A DNA stretch of 57,392 nucleotides. Origin: Acidobacteriota bacterium (lineage in GTDB: Bacteria; Acidobacteriota; UBA6911; RPQK01; JANQFM01). The stretch is from the NCBI GenBank assembly GCA_041630155.1, contig JBFKLX010000005.1, positions 1 to 57,392 on the forward strand. Reading direction: 5' to 3'. The position numbers and the translations under genes were made by a program. This document shows positions 18,840 through 28,733 of this stretch, in pieces; position 1 is the stretch's first letter; each line of letters begins with the position of its first letter. The notes beneath the pieces are model-generated. The model was not told the DNA's origin. It saw only the letters and a program-made list of their open reading frames with translations, and made no database searches.

Positions 18840-21205
18840 GATTTCGCACTGCGGCCCTGCTGGGAGGTTTCGGAGGCTACGCCCTTTTCTTTCTCCTCTT
18901 TTCGGGCAGCGACCCGTCCGCTGGCTGGGGGCTCACCTCGGGCCGGGCCGAGGCGATTGCACGGGCCGGTCAGCTGGTCTCCGAGTTCGGTGAGAGCGTC
19001 TCGGGATGGCGGTCTGCCGTTACGATCGAGGAGAGGTCGCTGGCCGGGCGCTTCGTGCAGCTTCAGCCTTCTGATCCCGCCGCCCCCCTGATCAACCCGC
19101 TGCGAATCGGTGTGTGGCTGCGCTCTCCCGACGGATCCAGCCGCTGGAAAGTATGGATGGGGCCCACCGGTTCGTTCGAGGAGATTTCTCAGCGCTCTTC
19201 GGGAGAGAGCGAGCCGCTTCAACCCGAAGAGTCGCACGCGATCGCCCGGAGGGCGCTGCAACAACTGGTCCCCGAACCGGACCGCTTCGCTCTCCTTCCC
19301 GATCAGCCCTCTGGAGACGGCCAAGATCTTCGTTACCGGTGGGAGCTTCAGGACTCCGGAGGTGAGAGCGTCCCCCAAGTGGTCGTCGAGCTGCGCGGCT
19401 CCATGATCCGCCAGGCAAAGCTGGAAGCGGAAATCCCCGAGACCTTCGACGACCGGGAAACGGAACGCCGGGAATCCATGGGAATCCTCTCGGTGCTGGT
19501 TGGGATTCTTGCGGTGGTCTCTCTGCTGGTGGGGCTGGCTTTTTATGTTTCCGCCATCTTTCGGCACCTGGTGCACCAGCCAAGTCTGCTCGTGTTGATC
19601 GGTGTGGCGACCTTTCTGCACATTCTGGCGGTCCTCGGAGGAGGCCCTTGGGACCAGCAGAGCATGCAGGACGACACGTTGCCGGAAGCGTTGCTGTTGG
19701 CCGGGTTGCTGATCGTGGGTGTGGTCGCTCCATGCATTGCCGGCGTCGCCGGCGCGGGTTTCAGTCTCACCAGTTCGTCCCTGACCGAAAAACGGGTCAC
19801 CTTCGAACTGCTCTTGCGAAAAGGCCCGTGGGTGCGGGGCGTGGCTGAATCCCTGCTTTACGGCTGGGCTCTGGCGGGGTGGGTGGGCGCCGTGCCGCTG
19901 CTGGTCGAGCGCATATGGGGCCCCCAGACAGTTTGGCTCCCTTCGCCCGACCCCTCCAGCCTGATCGCGGCGGTGCCGGTCTTCCCGGCACTGGATCTGT
20001 TCACCAGGGGAGAAATGCTGATCTGGGCCATCGTCTTCGGGCTTTGGTACCCATTGGCGGACCGCTATTTGGGTCGTCGCTGGCTGCAACGACCGAGCCA
20101 GATTGCCCTTTCCGCGCTGGGATTGTCGATCCTCTACCTCCGGGCGCCCTTGGCGCTGGCCCTGCTGACGGGGCTGGCCCTGGCCCTGCTGGCGGACCGG
20201 CTCTACTGGCGCCGTGACCTGCTGGCGGTACTGGCCGTGGTGCCGGCACTCCTGCTGGCTCGAACCGGTGCCACGCATCTGGTGCAGCCCGCGGCCTCGG
20301 TCCAGAACTGGGGGTTGATCTTGCTGGGCCTTCTGCTGGCACCGCTTCCGCTCTTCTGGTGGCTCTCCCGGAAGGGAGTCGAGCTGGACCTGGATTTGGA
20401 GGCCCAGAAGAGGCGACAGCAGGCTTTTCGACTCGAAAATCTGCGAAAGGCTGAGAGGGAACGGCTGCTGGCGGAGTTCTCGGTGGCCCGCCGTGCCCAA
20501 CAACAGATGCTGCCCCAGAGTCCACCCGAACTGCCTGGCTATCAACTGTCCGCCATCTGCCAGCCGGCCCGCGAGGTGGGAGGCGACTTCTTCGAGTTCG
20601 TACCGCTGGGGGAGCGCTGCTGGGGCGTCCTGGTGGCCGATGTGTCCGGAAAAGGGGTGCCGGCCGCCCTCTACATGACGCTCACCAAAGGCCTGCTGCG
20701 GTCGCTGGGAGGCGGCGACGGAAACCCGCCGGCCACCATCGTCTCAGAAGTCAACCGCCACCTGTATGAAGTGGCTCACCGCAGCGTTTTCGTGACCATG
20801 GCGCTGGGTGTCGTCGACCCCCGGCGGGGCTCGGTGGATTGCTTCAGAGCCGGCCACAACCCTCCCATCTGGCGCAGAGCGGCGAAGGGGGAGAACCGCA
20901 TCATTCGCCCCTCGGGCTTGGGTTTGGGGCTGACGTCCAGCCGTCTGTTCGAGCGCAGTCTGGCCTACGAGACCATACCGCTCGAGCCGGGTGACGCGCT
21001 GTTCTTCTACTCGGACGGAATCACCGAGGCGATGAACCGCGACGGCCACGAATATGGTGACGACCGGCTCCTGGAGACGATCGCACGAACCGACGGGCTG
21101 GCGGCCGACGAGGCCCGCGCGATGCTGCTGGCCGACGTGGATCATTTCCTGGCCGGCCATCCGGCCAACGACGACATCACGCTGCTGGTTTTGCGAGCGG
21201 TGTGA
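18836..21205 (+). CDS. Multi-TM membrane SpoIIE/PP2C phosphatase (RsbU-like)
   Basis: Intact GGDFF, VADVSGKG, RAGHNPP, YSDGITEA and DDITLL motifs; GTGA overlap with the previous gene. Confidence 0.9.
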   Translation: MRFRTAALLGGFGGYALFFLLFSGSDPSAGWGLTSGRAEAIARAGQLVSEFGESVSGWRSAVTIEERSLAGRFVQLQPSDPAAPLINPLRIGVWLRSPDGSSRWKVWMGPTGSFEEISQRSSGESEPLQPEESHAIARRALQQLVPEPDRFALLPDQPSGDGQDLRYRWELQDSGGESVPQVVVELRGSMIRQAKLEAEIPETFDDRETERRESMGILSVLVGILAVVSLLVGLAFYVSAIFRHLVHQPSLLVLIGVATFLHILAVLGGGPWDQQSMQDDTLPEALLLAGLLIVGVVAPCIAGVAGAGFSLTSSSLTEKRVTFELLLRKGPWVRGVAESLLYGWALAGWVGAVPLLVERIWGPQTVWLPSPDPSSLIAAVPVFPALDLFTRGEMLIWAIVFGLWYPLADRYLGRRWLQRPSQIALSALGLSILYLRAPLALALLTGLALALLADRLYWRRDLLAVLAVVPALLLARTGATHLVQPAASVQNWGLILLGLLLAPLPLFWWLSRKGVELDLDLEAQKRRQQAFRLENLRKAERERLLAEFSVARRAQQQMLPQSPPELPGYQLSAICQPAREVGGDFFEFVPLGERCWGVLVADVSGKGVPAALYMTLTKGLLRSLGGGDGNPPATIVSEVNRHLYEVAHRSVFVTMALGVVDPRRGSVDCFRAGHNPPIWRRAAKGENRIIRPSGLGLGLTSSRLFERSLAYETIPLEPGDALFFYSDGITEAMNRDGHEYGDDRLLETIARTDGLAADEARAMLLADVDHFLAGHPANDDITLLVLRAV

Positions 21206-21339
21206 GCTGTCGATGCGCGACGGCGCACCTTTTGAGAACGGGAAGGCATTTCGGGTCACGGGTTTCCCCACGTGCCCGTATACCGTTACAATGTATGCTT
21301 TTGCGCGGCTTCTTCCACGCAAACTCTGCGAGGTCGCTT

Positions 21340-21708
21340 ATGTCAAACTCCTTCGTGGTCGAAAAATCGGCGGAAGGGCAAATCGCGATTCTGAAACTTG
21401 CCGGTTTCCTGGATGCTCACACGGCTCCCGAATTCGAGGCGGCCATGCAAGGGCTGATCGACGAGGGCAAGAACCGCATCATCGTTGAATGCTCCGGCCT
21501 GACCTATATCTCCTCCGCGGGACTCGGGGTCTTCATGGGTTTCGTCGAGGACATTCGGGATCGGGGCGGGGATATCAAGATCTGCAGCCTGGTTCCAAAG
21601 GTTCAGCAAGTCTTCGAATTGCTCGGCTTCCACCAGCTCTTTCACATCGTCGGGAGCCTCCCCGAGGCGGTGCAGAAATTCGAACACTCTCCGGTCTGGG
21701 AGGAATGA
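21340..21708 (+). CDS. STAS anti-anti-sigma factor (RsbV/SpoIIAA-like)
   Basis: LAGFLDAHTAPEF, phospho-Ser motif LTYISSAGLGVF and VFELLGF; GAGG RBS before ATG 21340. Confidence 0.92.
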   Translation: MSNSFVVEKSAEGQIAILKLAGFLDAHTAPEFEAAMQGLIDEGKNRIIVECSGLTYISSAGLGVFMGFVEDIRDRGGDIKICSLVPKVQQVFELLGFHQLFHIVGSLPEAVQKFEHSPVWEE

Positions 21709-21712
21709 GAGG

Positions 21713-22156
21713 ATGGCCACCATCGAAAAGCGCTTCGTGCTGCAAGTTCCGTCGTCCACTCGCAACCTGGCCCTGGTCCGGGAGTTCGTCGGCTCGGTCG
21801 GACAGCAGGCAGGAATGGAGGCCAGTGAGGTGGCCAAGCTTCAGCTCGCAGTGGACGAAGCCTGCAGCAACGTGATCGAACACGCTTACTGCCACGACGA
21901 CACTCAGGAAGTGGTGATCCGAGTTTCTTTCGACGACGCGGAAATGCGCTTCGACGTGATCGACACCGGCTGCTGTTTCGACCCTCACGCCATCGCCCAA
22001 AAAGACCTGGATCAGCTCATCGCCGAGCGAAGGAAAGGAGGCCTGGGCCTGCGGCTGATTCAATCCCTGATGGACGAGGTCCAATACGAGATCGAGCCGG
22101 GCAAGAAGAATCAGCTCCACATGGTCAAGCGGCTGCGCAAAGACCCCACGGCCTGA
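21713..22156 (+). CDS. Anti-sigma factor/Ser kinase (RsbW/SpoIIAB-like HATPase)
   Basis: LAVDEACSNVIEHAY N-box, DTG and GGLGLRLIQSLMDEV. Confidence 0.92.
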   Translation: MATIEKRFVLQVPSSTRNLALVREFVGSVGQQAGMEASEVAKLQLAVDEACSNVIEHAYCHDDTQEVVIRVSFDDAEMRFDVIDTGCCFDPHAIAQKDLDQLIAERRKGGLGLRLIQSLMDEVQYEIEPGKKNQLHMVKRLRKDPTA

Positions 22157-22162
22157 CTGCCT

Positions 22163-23803
22163 ATGAAAGCCCCCCTCGAAGCCTCTCGCCTCGAATCTCT
22201 CCTGGAGTCGGCTCGGCTCCTGCACGCTTCCCTGGAACTCCAGCCACTCCTGGAACACCTCCTGCGCACGGTGATGGGCCGGCTGCTGACCAGCAAAGCC
22301 CTGATTGCCGTCTCCGAAGAAGGGGTCTTTCGAATCGCGGCGAGGCGAGGGCTGAGCCAATTGGAGATTGGCGATCCATTCGAAGAAGAGTCGGCCCGCG
22401 CGGCCGGGATCGAACACCTGTTTCCCATCGGACCGCCCAAATCTCCTGCGGGCAAGCTGGGGATCGGCAAAACCGTCCGCCCCCTCGAGAAGGGCGACGA
22501 GGGGTTTCTCCAGGCACTGCTCGGCATCGCGGCCAGCGGCATCCGAAATGCTTCCGCCCACGCCCGGGCCCAGAGCCTCAACGAAAACCTCAACCGGCGA
22601 GTCCAGGACCTCCGCACGCTGCTGGAGCTGGTCCAAGGCCTGACCTCAACTTTGGACCCCAGAGAGATCGCCCATCTGCTGGTCCTGACACTGACGGGCC
22701 GCTGGCTGGTCAGCCGGTACGCTCTGGCCACCTGGAAGGAGAGTCATTCCCCCCTCGTCCTGGGACGGGGCCTGGAGCTGCCGGAATTGGACCTGTTGAA
22801 GAAGGAGGCCGCGTCTCTGCGGGAACCGGTGAAGGTCGCCGCACTGCCCCCCGGCCAATTGAAGTCGTCCCTGGAGGCCAAGCAGGGAGCGGTGATCTTT
22901 CCCCTGGTGTCCAGTCACGGCGTGCTGGGCATCGTGGCGCTGGGCCCCCGCATGCAGAAACTGCCCTTCACGGATGCCGATTTGGAGTTCGGCGCCGGGC
23001 TCGCCGCACAGGCCACCGTCGCTTTCGAAAACTCCTGGCACTTCCACGAAACCGTCGAGAAAAGGAAGATCGAACAGGAGTTGGAGCTGGCCGCGAGCAT
23101 CCAAAAAGATCTGTTCCCCAAGGAGCTGCCCGCCCTCGAGGGCATCGATCTGGCCGCCCGAAGCCTGGCCGCCCGCCAGGTGGGCGGGGACTACTACGAT
23201 GTTCTGAGTTGGGACACCTCGGCCCGAGACCAGCCGCATCTTCTCTGCGTGGCGGACGTCTCGGGAAAAGGCATCCCCGCCTCGCTCCTGATGAGCAACA
23301 TCCAGGCCACCCTCCGGGCTCTGCTCTCCCCCGGTCTCCGGCTGGTGGATCTGGTCACCCGCACCAGCCAGCTGCTCTATGCCACCACGCCTTCCAACAA
23401 GTACGCCACCGCCTTCCTGGCCCTGGTCGACCCCGCCAAGGGCAAAATCACCTACGTCAACGCCGGCCACAACGACGGCCTGCTGCTGCGAGCCAACGGG
23501 GAATTGCTCCGGATGACGTCGACTGGCCCGCCCCTGGGCCTGCTCCCCGCGATTCCGTTCGAGGAAGGGCAAGCCCAGATGCAGCCCGGGGATCTGATCG
23601 CGATTTGCTCCGACGGGGTCGTCGAAGCACAAAACAGGGCAGAAGAAGAGTTCGAGGAGGAGCGCTTCCTGGACTCGCTGCGCTCCGCCAACGGTTCCGG
23701 AGCAAACACCATCATCGACACGGTCTTCCAGGCAGTGCAGCAGTTCGCCGGCGACGCCCCCCAACATGACGACATCACGCTGATGGTGTTACTACGGCAG
23801 TAG
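22163..23803 (+). CDS. Soluble GAF-SpoIIE/PP2C phosphatase (RsbU/RsbP-like)
   Basis: Two GAF-like segments, then GGDYYD, VADVSGKG, NAGHN, SDGVVEA and DDITLM. Confidence 0.92.
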   Translation: MKAPLEASRLESLLESARLLHASLELQPLLEHLLRTVMGRLLTSKALIAVSEEGVFRIAARRGLSQLEIGDPFEEESARAAGIEHLFPIGPPKSPAGKLGIGKTVRPLEKGDEGFLQALLGIAASGIRNASAHARAQSLNENLNRRVQDLRTLLELVQGLTSTLDPREIAHLLVLTLTGRWLVSRYALATWKESHSPLVLGRGLELPELDLLKKEAASLREPVKVAALPPGQLKSSLEAKQGAVIFPLVSSHGVLGIVALGPRMQKLPFTDADLEFGAGLAAQATVAFENSWHFHETVEKRKIEQELELAASIQKDLFPKELPALEGIDLAARSLAARQVGGDYYDVLSWDTSARDQPHLLCVADVSGKGIPASLLMSNIQATLRALLSPGLRLVDLVTRTSQLLYATTPSNKYATAFLALVDPAKGKITYVNAGHNDGLLLRANGELLRMTSTGPPLGLLPAIPFEEGQAQMQPGDLIAICSDGVVEAQNRAEEEFEEERFLDSLRSANGSGANTIIDTVFQAVQQFAGDAPQHDDITLMVLLRQ

Positions 23804-23878
23804 TAGCAAGGTGCCCGGCTCGCAGGGGGTAGCGCTCAATCCGGCTCGAACCCCAGGGGCCCCCCGCCCCAATCCCGA

Positions 23879-23907
23879 GAGAATCACCGGCAAGATGCGG
23901 GTGTCAC
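23879..23907 (+). repeat. REP-like intergenic palindrome, copy 3
   Basis: GAGAATCACCGGCAAGATGCGGGTGTCAC; overlaps the hutF stop codon. Confidence 0.6.
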
Positions 23908-25223
23908 TCTCGCTGCGCTCTACGCTCGGACACCTGCCGTCCGGCGACGTAAACGGCTTGGATCACCGAGTTCCCGCAGCCGAAGATCAGAGAGTCCAGC
24001 AGATTGTCCGGGGTCCAGCCGTGCAGGGACGGATGCTCGAGGTCGATGCGGATGAAATCGGCAGGCAGGCCAGCTTCGATTCGGCCAGACCGGAGTCCCA
24101 GAGCGCGGGCGCCTTCGCGGGTCGCCGACTCCAGGAGGCGCCTGGCGACGTCTCCGCGCTGGTCCGCCCACACTCCTCGTTGCTGACGCTGCAGTCGCTG
24201 GGCGTATTCCAGCCAGCGGGCTTCTTCCAGGAAACACAATCGGGCGTTGCTGTCGGTTCCGAGGCAAAGGTGCCCACGGGCGGCCTTGACGGCGGGCAGG
24301 TCAGCGATGCCATCCCCCAAATTGGCCTCGGTCAGCGGACAGATACAGACGTTCCCGCCCGCCCGAAGCAACGGTGCCAGATCTTCGGCGCTGCTGTGAG
24401 TGCAGTGCACGGCGGTAAACCCTGCGTCGATGTCCAGGCGGCGGTTCAGCAGCTCGAGGGGACCCCGACGGTAGTGAGTTCGACACTGCTCGATTTCCTG
24501 GCGCTGCTCCTCCACGTGCATGTGAAAGACCAGGCCTCGGCGACGGGCTTCACGGTGAATCTCCTCGATATCTTCCACCGGTGCAGCACGAATGCTGTGC
24601 ACGACCGCGCCCAGTGTCTGGGTGGTGGGATCGAGAAGCCGACCCAGCTGGTCCATCTGCTCCCAGTAAACCTCCGGCGTGGGCGTGGAGAAACGCCGCT
24701 GAGTCCCCTCCAGCGGCCTTCCCACTCCGCCCGTTCGATAGTAGGCTTGAAGCAGAACGAGACGAATACCCGCGTCGGCAGCGGCCCTCACGACCATCGG
24801 GTCGAACCGGAAGTCAGCACGTTCCGTCCGGTGGTGCAGGTAGTGGAATTCCCCGACCGTGGTGATTCCCGCCGCCAGCATTTCCTGAAAGCACTCCAGG
24901 CAGAGATGATAGAACGCCTCCTCGTCCAACTCCGACACGAGCGAGTACATTTCCTCCCGCCACGACCAGAACGAGCCTGCCCCGCTGGGGAATCGCTCTC
25001 CGCGGCCTCGGAGCCCTCTCTGGAAGGCGTGGCTGTGGGCGTTCACGAAACCAGGCAGCAGCGCGGCCCCACGCCAGCGCAAAATGGTCGAATCGGAGTC
25101 GGAGGACGCCGCCGAGATGCGCTCGATCTTTCCATCCGAGCGCACCGCCACCTGGACTCCCGCTTCGAATCGAGAACCGGTCCAGGTCAAATCAGCCTCG
25201 AAGATCCGAGACCCGTCGCTCAT
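23904..25223 (-). CDS. hutF: Formimidoylglutamate deiminase
   Basis: PGFVNAHSHAFQRGLRG, SFWSWREEMY, VGEFHYLHH, HSIRA, CPLTEANLGDG and LGTDSN motifs; start moved to ATG 25223. Confidence 0.9.
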   Translation of the reverse strand: MSDGSRIFEADLTWTGSRFEAGVQVAVRSDGKIERISAASSDSDSTILRWRGAALLPGFVNAHSHAFQRGLRGRGERFPSGAGSFWSWREEMYSLVSELDEEAFYHLCLECFQEMLAAGITTVGEFHYLHHRTERADFRFDPMVVRAAADAGIRLVLLQAYYRTGGVGRPLEGTQRRFSTPTPEVYWEQMDQLGRLLDPTTQTLGAVVHSIRAAPVEDIEEIHREARRRGLVFHMHVEEQRQEIEQCRTHYRRGPLELLNRRLDIDAGFTAVHCTHSSAEDLAPLLRAGGNVCICPLTEANLGDGIADLPAVKAARGHLCLGTDSNARLCFLEEARWLEYAQRLQRQQRGVWADQRGDVARRLLESATREGARALGLRSGRIEAGLPADFIRIDLEHPSLHGWTPDNLLDSLIFGCGNSVIQAVYVAGRQVSERRAQRE

Positions 25224-25303
25224 CGGGCTCCGATTGTACCCAAGCAACCGAAACACCCCCAAGTTTCCCGACCCGATGGGCGGGGGCAGGCTGAGGACGC
25301 GAG

Positions 25304-25330
25304 TGAACTTTTCAATTCGGTCATCCGTAG
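25304..25330 (+). promoter_or_regulatory. Putative ECF sigma promoter for the DUF4097 gene
   Basis: TGAAC-ttttcaattcggtcatc(17)-CGTAG. Confidence 0.6.
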
Positions 25331-25400
25331 AATCAATCAATAGCTGGAACTGAATTCGAGCGGGCAAGTGTGCACTGCTCGACTCGAGGAGGGGAGAACA

Positions 25401-26261
25401 ATGAGTGGCGCCCATTCAAACCGACTGGCCCTGCTTTTGACGGCGTTTTGCTTGACCGTCGCACCGGGCTTTGCGCAATCCAAGGAATTCAACGAAACGG
25501 TTCCTCTGCAGCCGGGCGGAACCGTCTCGCTCAAGGCTTACAAGGGGACCGTTCACATCAGCGCCTGGGACCGCCCCGAGATCTCGATTTTCGCGCGAAT
25601 CACGATGGACGCGGACGAGGACCCAGCATATGCCGAACGAGTGGTGCAAGCGACCCGTGTGGAAGTCCGCCGGCGCGGCAACGGCGTCGCGATCCGGTCC
25701 GATTACGATGATGTTCCCTCCCGAGGAGGCTGGTTCTACCAGAGCAGGTCCCTCGCCTACATCCATTACGAGATCCACACTCCGCGCCAGGTCGACCTGC
25801 GCCTGGAGGACTACAAATCGGAGATCGAGGTTTACGAGCTGGAGGGAAGCCTGGAGATCGAGACCTATAGAGGAACCCTCTTTGCCAGCGGCCTGAGCGG
25901 CAGCGTCAAGCTCGAGACGTACAAAGGAAAGGCCGAGCTGCAGGCGTTGCGGGGAAGCCTCGACATCGAAACCTACAAGGGCGACGTGGTGGCGGAGGCG
26001 CTGCAGATCGACGGCTCTTCCCGGCTCGACACCTACAAGGGCCAGATCCAGTTGGCGGTCCCGGCAAACCAGGGCTTGACACTGGTTGGCGAGATGGGGA
26101 GGCGGGGTTCACTGACCAGCGACTTCGAAATGGTGAACCCCCAGGTCGAAGAAGACAGCTCCCGCCGGCGCTCCCGCCAGCTGGACAGTCAGATCAACCA
26201 AGGCGGCCCTCGCCTGGAGATCTCGAGCCACAAGGGCGAGATCCGCATCAAACGGCTCTGA
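25401..26261 (+). CDS. DUF4097-family exported beta-repeat protein
   Basis: Signal peptide, repeated (L/I)ETYKG beta-hairpin units and a C-terminal GGPRLEISSHKGEIRI; GGAG RBS. Confidence 0.85.
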   Translation: MSGAHSNRLALLLTAFCLTVAPGFAQSKEFNETVPLQPGGTVSLKAYKGTVHISAWDRPEISIFARITMDADEDPAYAERVVQATRVEVRRRGNGVAIRSDYDDVPSRGGWFYQSRSLAYIHYEIHTPRQVDLRLEDYKSEIEVYELEGSLEIETYRGTLFASGLSGSVKLETYKGKAELQALRGSLDIETYKGDVVAEALQIDGSSRLDTYKGQIQLAVPANQGLTLVGEMGRRGSLTSDFEMVNPQVEEDSSRRRSRQLDSQINQGGPRLEISSHKGEIRIKRL

Positions 26262-26369
26262 GAGCGGCGTGGGTGCAGCGCCTGGGGCTCGAGCTTCGAA
26301 GCCTCGAAGGCTCTCGATCGCATTTCTCATGAGCGTCGACTGCGGCGCAACGGACATCTAGCGCCGAGG

Positions 26370-27185
26370 CTAGAAGTCGAACGTCTTGGAGAAGCCGATG
26401 ATGAAGCCGGAATCGGGGTCCGTGTCCTCGATCCCCCAGAACCCGGCCAGATCCCAGTAGATGCCCCCAGCTTCGATCTGAGCGCCGGCGCGCACCCGCG
26501 TCTGATCCTCGGTCCCGATTCCCCCAGGACCGGTTCGACCGTACACTTCCGCGAGCAGCGTGACGCGGGGACTCAGGTCGAGGGTGGCCGCAGCGCCGTA
26601 GGTGAACAGGTCGTCCTGGCCGCTGGCCGAGGTGGGGTCCCCAAGGATGGCGACTCCGGCGTTTCCGATCAGCCGCAGGTTGGCGACTTTCTTCTCGATC
26701 AGCAAGCCGCCGAAGGCATTGGTTTCATCGTTGCCCAGCCCGCTCTCCGTTGAAGCGTTGGGCAATTCCACTCCAAAGCGCACGCCGATCCCCGGAACTC
26801 CGAGCTTCTCCTTGACCAGCTGAACCTTGGTGGCCAGGGTGAAGTCACCAAAATCGCTGGTAGAGTTTCCTGAGAAATCGAGGGAGTTGGAGTTGGGCGC
26901 GGCGAAGCGCCGGTTGACGTTGAGGAAGTCCTGAATCGTGCCCAGGATTTGAATTTCCACTTTCTCGCCAGCGCCGAATCGGAGCCCCAACACCCCGACT
27001 CGGGACAAGTCTCCCTCCAAGCCGGACAACGGAAACACTGCGTCTTGCAGGAATTCGAAGCCCAGTTCCAGCCGGAAGCCGCCACGCGGGACGGTCTCCA
27101 CGCGCTCTGTGATCAAAGGACGCTGCTGAGCCGACAACGGAAGAAGAAAGAGAAGAAAAAGGGCCGGGAGGATTCTGAATTTCAT
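26370..27185 (-). CDS. Outer-membrane beta-barrel 'transporter' (Phenol_MetA_deg-like)
   Basis: Signal peptide, RPLITE, FGDFTLATK and a C-terminal Phe. Confidence 0.7.
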   Translation of the reverse strand: MKFRILPALFLLFLLPLSAQQRPLITERVETVPRGGFRLELGFEFLQDAVFPLSGLEGDLSRVGVLGLRFGAGEKVEIQILGTIQDFLNVNRRFAAPNSNSLDFSGNSTSDFGDFTLATKVQLVKEKLGVPGIGVRFGVELPNASTESGLGNDETNAFGGLLIEKKVANLRLIGNAGVAILGDPTSASGQDDLFTYGAAATLDLSPRVTLLAEVYGRTGPGGIGTEDQTRVRAGAQIEAGGIYWDLAGFWGIEDTDPDSGFIIGFSKTFDF

Positions 27186-27295
27186 GCGGGGAGTTTAGGT
27201 GCAGCCTCCGAAGCAGTCAACGCAGAAGCTGCTGGATCGCGAAAAGGGTGCCTCGAATCGGCGGAGGTATGACCAATTGGCCCCGAGGAGCTTCC

Positions 27296-27865
27296 TCAAG
27301 AACTCGATTTCGAATCCGACAGACGCCGGTAGGTCCCCAGGAGCAGGTCCCAGAGAGGCGAGGTGACTCCGAAACAGAACCGGTCGTCGATGAAATGGTG
27401 ATAGAAGTGCCAGCGCCGCTGGACACCCAACAGTCCGTTGCTCTGCTTGCTGACGTGGATACGGTAGTGCACCAGTTCGTAGTAGAGAAATCCGCTCCAG
27501 GTTCCTACCATGATCCAGACCCCCGCGGACCAGCCGAAGGAAGCCGCGAACGAGGCCAGCAGCAGAAGTGAGATGGGCAGGCTGTAGTGGGGGCGCACCA
27601 GGATGTGGGACGGCTCCCTGGGATCCCCATGGTGCCGGAGGTGCAGCTTGGCCAGGAAACGGCGGATGGCACGATTCTCGGGAATCCAGTGAAAGAAGAA
27701 CCGATGAAGCAAGTACTCCAGCAAGCTCCAGACGAGCAGGCCCGAAAGCAGCCAACCCGGCAGGGCGAAACCCGAGGGCATCCGGCTCTCTCCGAGCAGC
27801 CCGATCAGGAGCGCGGCCAGGAGCGGATAGAGCCAAAAAGACACGAACAATCTCAGGCTCGACAT
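27296..27865 (-). CDS. Fatty-acid hydroxylase/sterol desaturase family
   Basis: Four His boxes (HRFFFH, HLRHH, HYRIH, HFYHH) and FGVTSPLWDLLLGT. Confidence 0.9.
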   Translation of the reverse strand: MSSLRLFVSFWLYPLLAALLIGLLGESRMPSGFALPGWLLSGLLVWSLLEYLLHRFFFHWIPENRAIRRFLAKLHLRHHGDPREPSHILVRPHYSLPISLLLLASFAASFGWSAGVWIMVGTWSGFLYYELVHYRIHVSKQSNGLLGVQRRWHFYHHFIDDRFCFGVTSPLWDLLLGTYRRLSDSKSSS

Positions 27866-27986
27866 CTGCTCTTCAGTATACGGATTTCTGGCTGACGCGG
27901 CGACCAGGGGACGCAACCATTGCCGCGTGAAATCCCGGGCGGGGCGGGGATTGGTGTGGGAATTACTCGGGGAGGCTCCGGGAGGT

Positions 27987-28658
27987 CTACCCGTGGGCGC
28001 TCAATTCAGCCACGAGCGGGTCGAAGTGCAACCCGCGGAAGTCACTGACGATGCAGTGGGGATTCAGGGAGCGCAGTTCGGTTTCAGAGTGAGTAGTGGC
28101 CACAGCCACGCAGAAACAGCCGGCTCGCAGCGCTGCTTGCACCCCCGACGTGGAGTCCTCGAAGACGACGCAGCGTTGGGGCGGCAACCGCAGGCGCTGG
28201 GCGGCGACAAGGAAGACGTCCGGGTGTGGCTTGCCCCGTTGCACGTCAGCGCTGGTCACGAACGCATCGAACTGCGATTCGATGCCGAGTCCCTCAGTCA
28301 CGAGGGTGACGTTCTGGATCGGCCCGCTGGTGGCAACCGCCGTTTTGGCGCCACGTCGGCGAATCTCCAGGAGGAAGTGGCGCAGACCCGGAACCATGGC
28401 CCGCTCGAGGTCTCCGGCGACCACTTCTCGATAGAGCGATTCTTTTCGATCTGCCAGGCGCTGGGCTGCTTCATCGCTCAGGTCCGCTTGGATCAGGGCC
28501 TGCAGCATCTCCTGGTTGCGCTGGCCAAAGGTGGCCCGAATTTCCTGATCCGTGAGTTCCTTTCCGTTTTCAAGGCCGATCCGGCGCCAGGCTTCCAGAT
28601 GATGCGCCACGTTGTCCAGAAGCACCCCGTCCATGTCGAAGACGAATCCTTCGATCAA
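27987..28658 (-). CDS. HAD-family phosphatase (beta-phosphoglucomutase/CbbY-like)
   Basis: FDMDGVLLD, VATS, GKPHPDVF and VVFEDS motifs. Confidence 0.9.
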   Translation of the reverse strand: MIEGFVFDMDGVLLDNVAHHLEAWRRIGLENGKELTDQEIRATFGQRNQEMLQALIQADLSDEAAQRLADRKESLYREVVAGDLERAMVPGLRHFLLEIRRRGAKTAVATSGPIQNVTLVTEGLGIESQFDAFVTSADVQRGKPHPDVFLVAAQRLRLPPQRCVVFEDSTSGVQAALRAGCFCVAVATTHSETELRSLNPHCIVSDFRGLHFDPLVAELSAHG

Positions 28659-28733
28659 AACCGTCCCCTTTCTCGAATCGTGTGGATGGGAATTTTCCTT
28701 CGCCGCGGGTTTCCGGAGGCAGTCTCGGGCCGT

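Noticed and set aside
23811-25343. Long antisense ORFs (also 16614-18149, 18686-20545, 27927-29435, 49589-51136, 53501-54820)
   Set aside because: These are in-register shadows of well-supported genes, expected in high-GC DNA, and have no motifs of their own.
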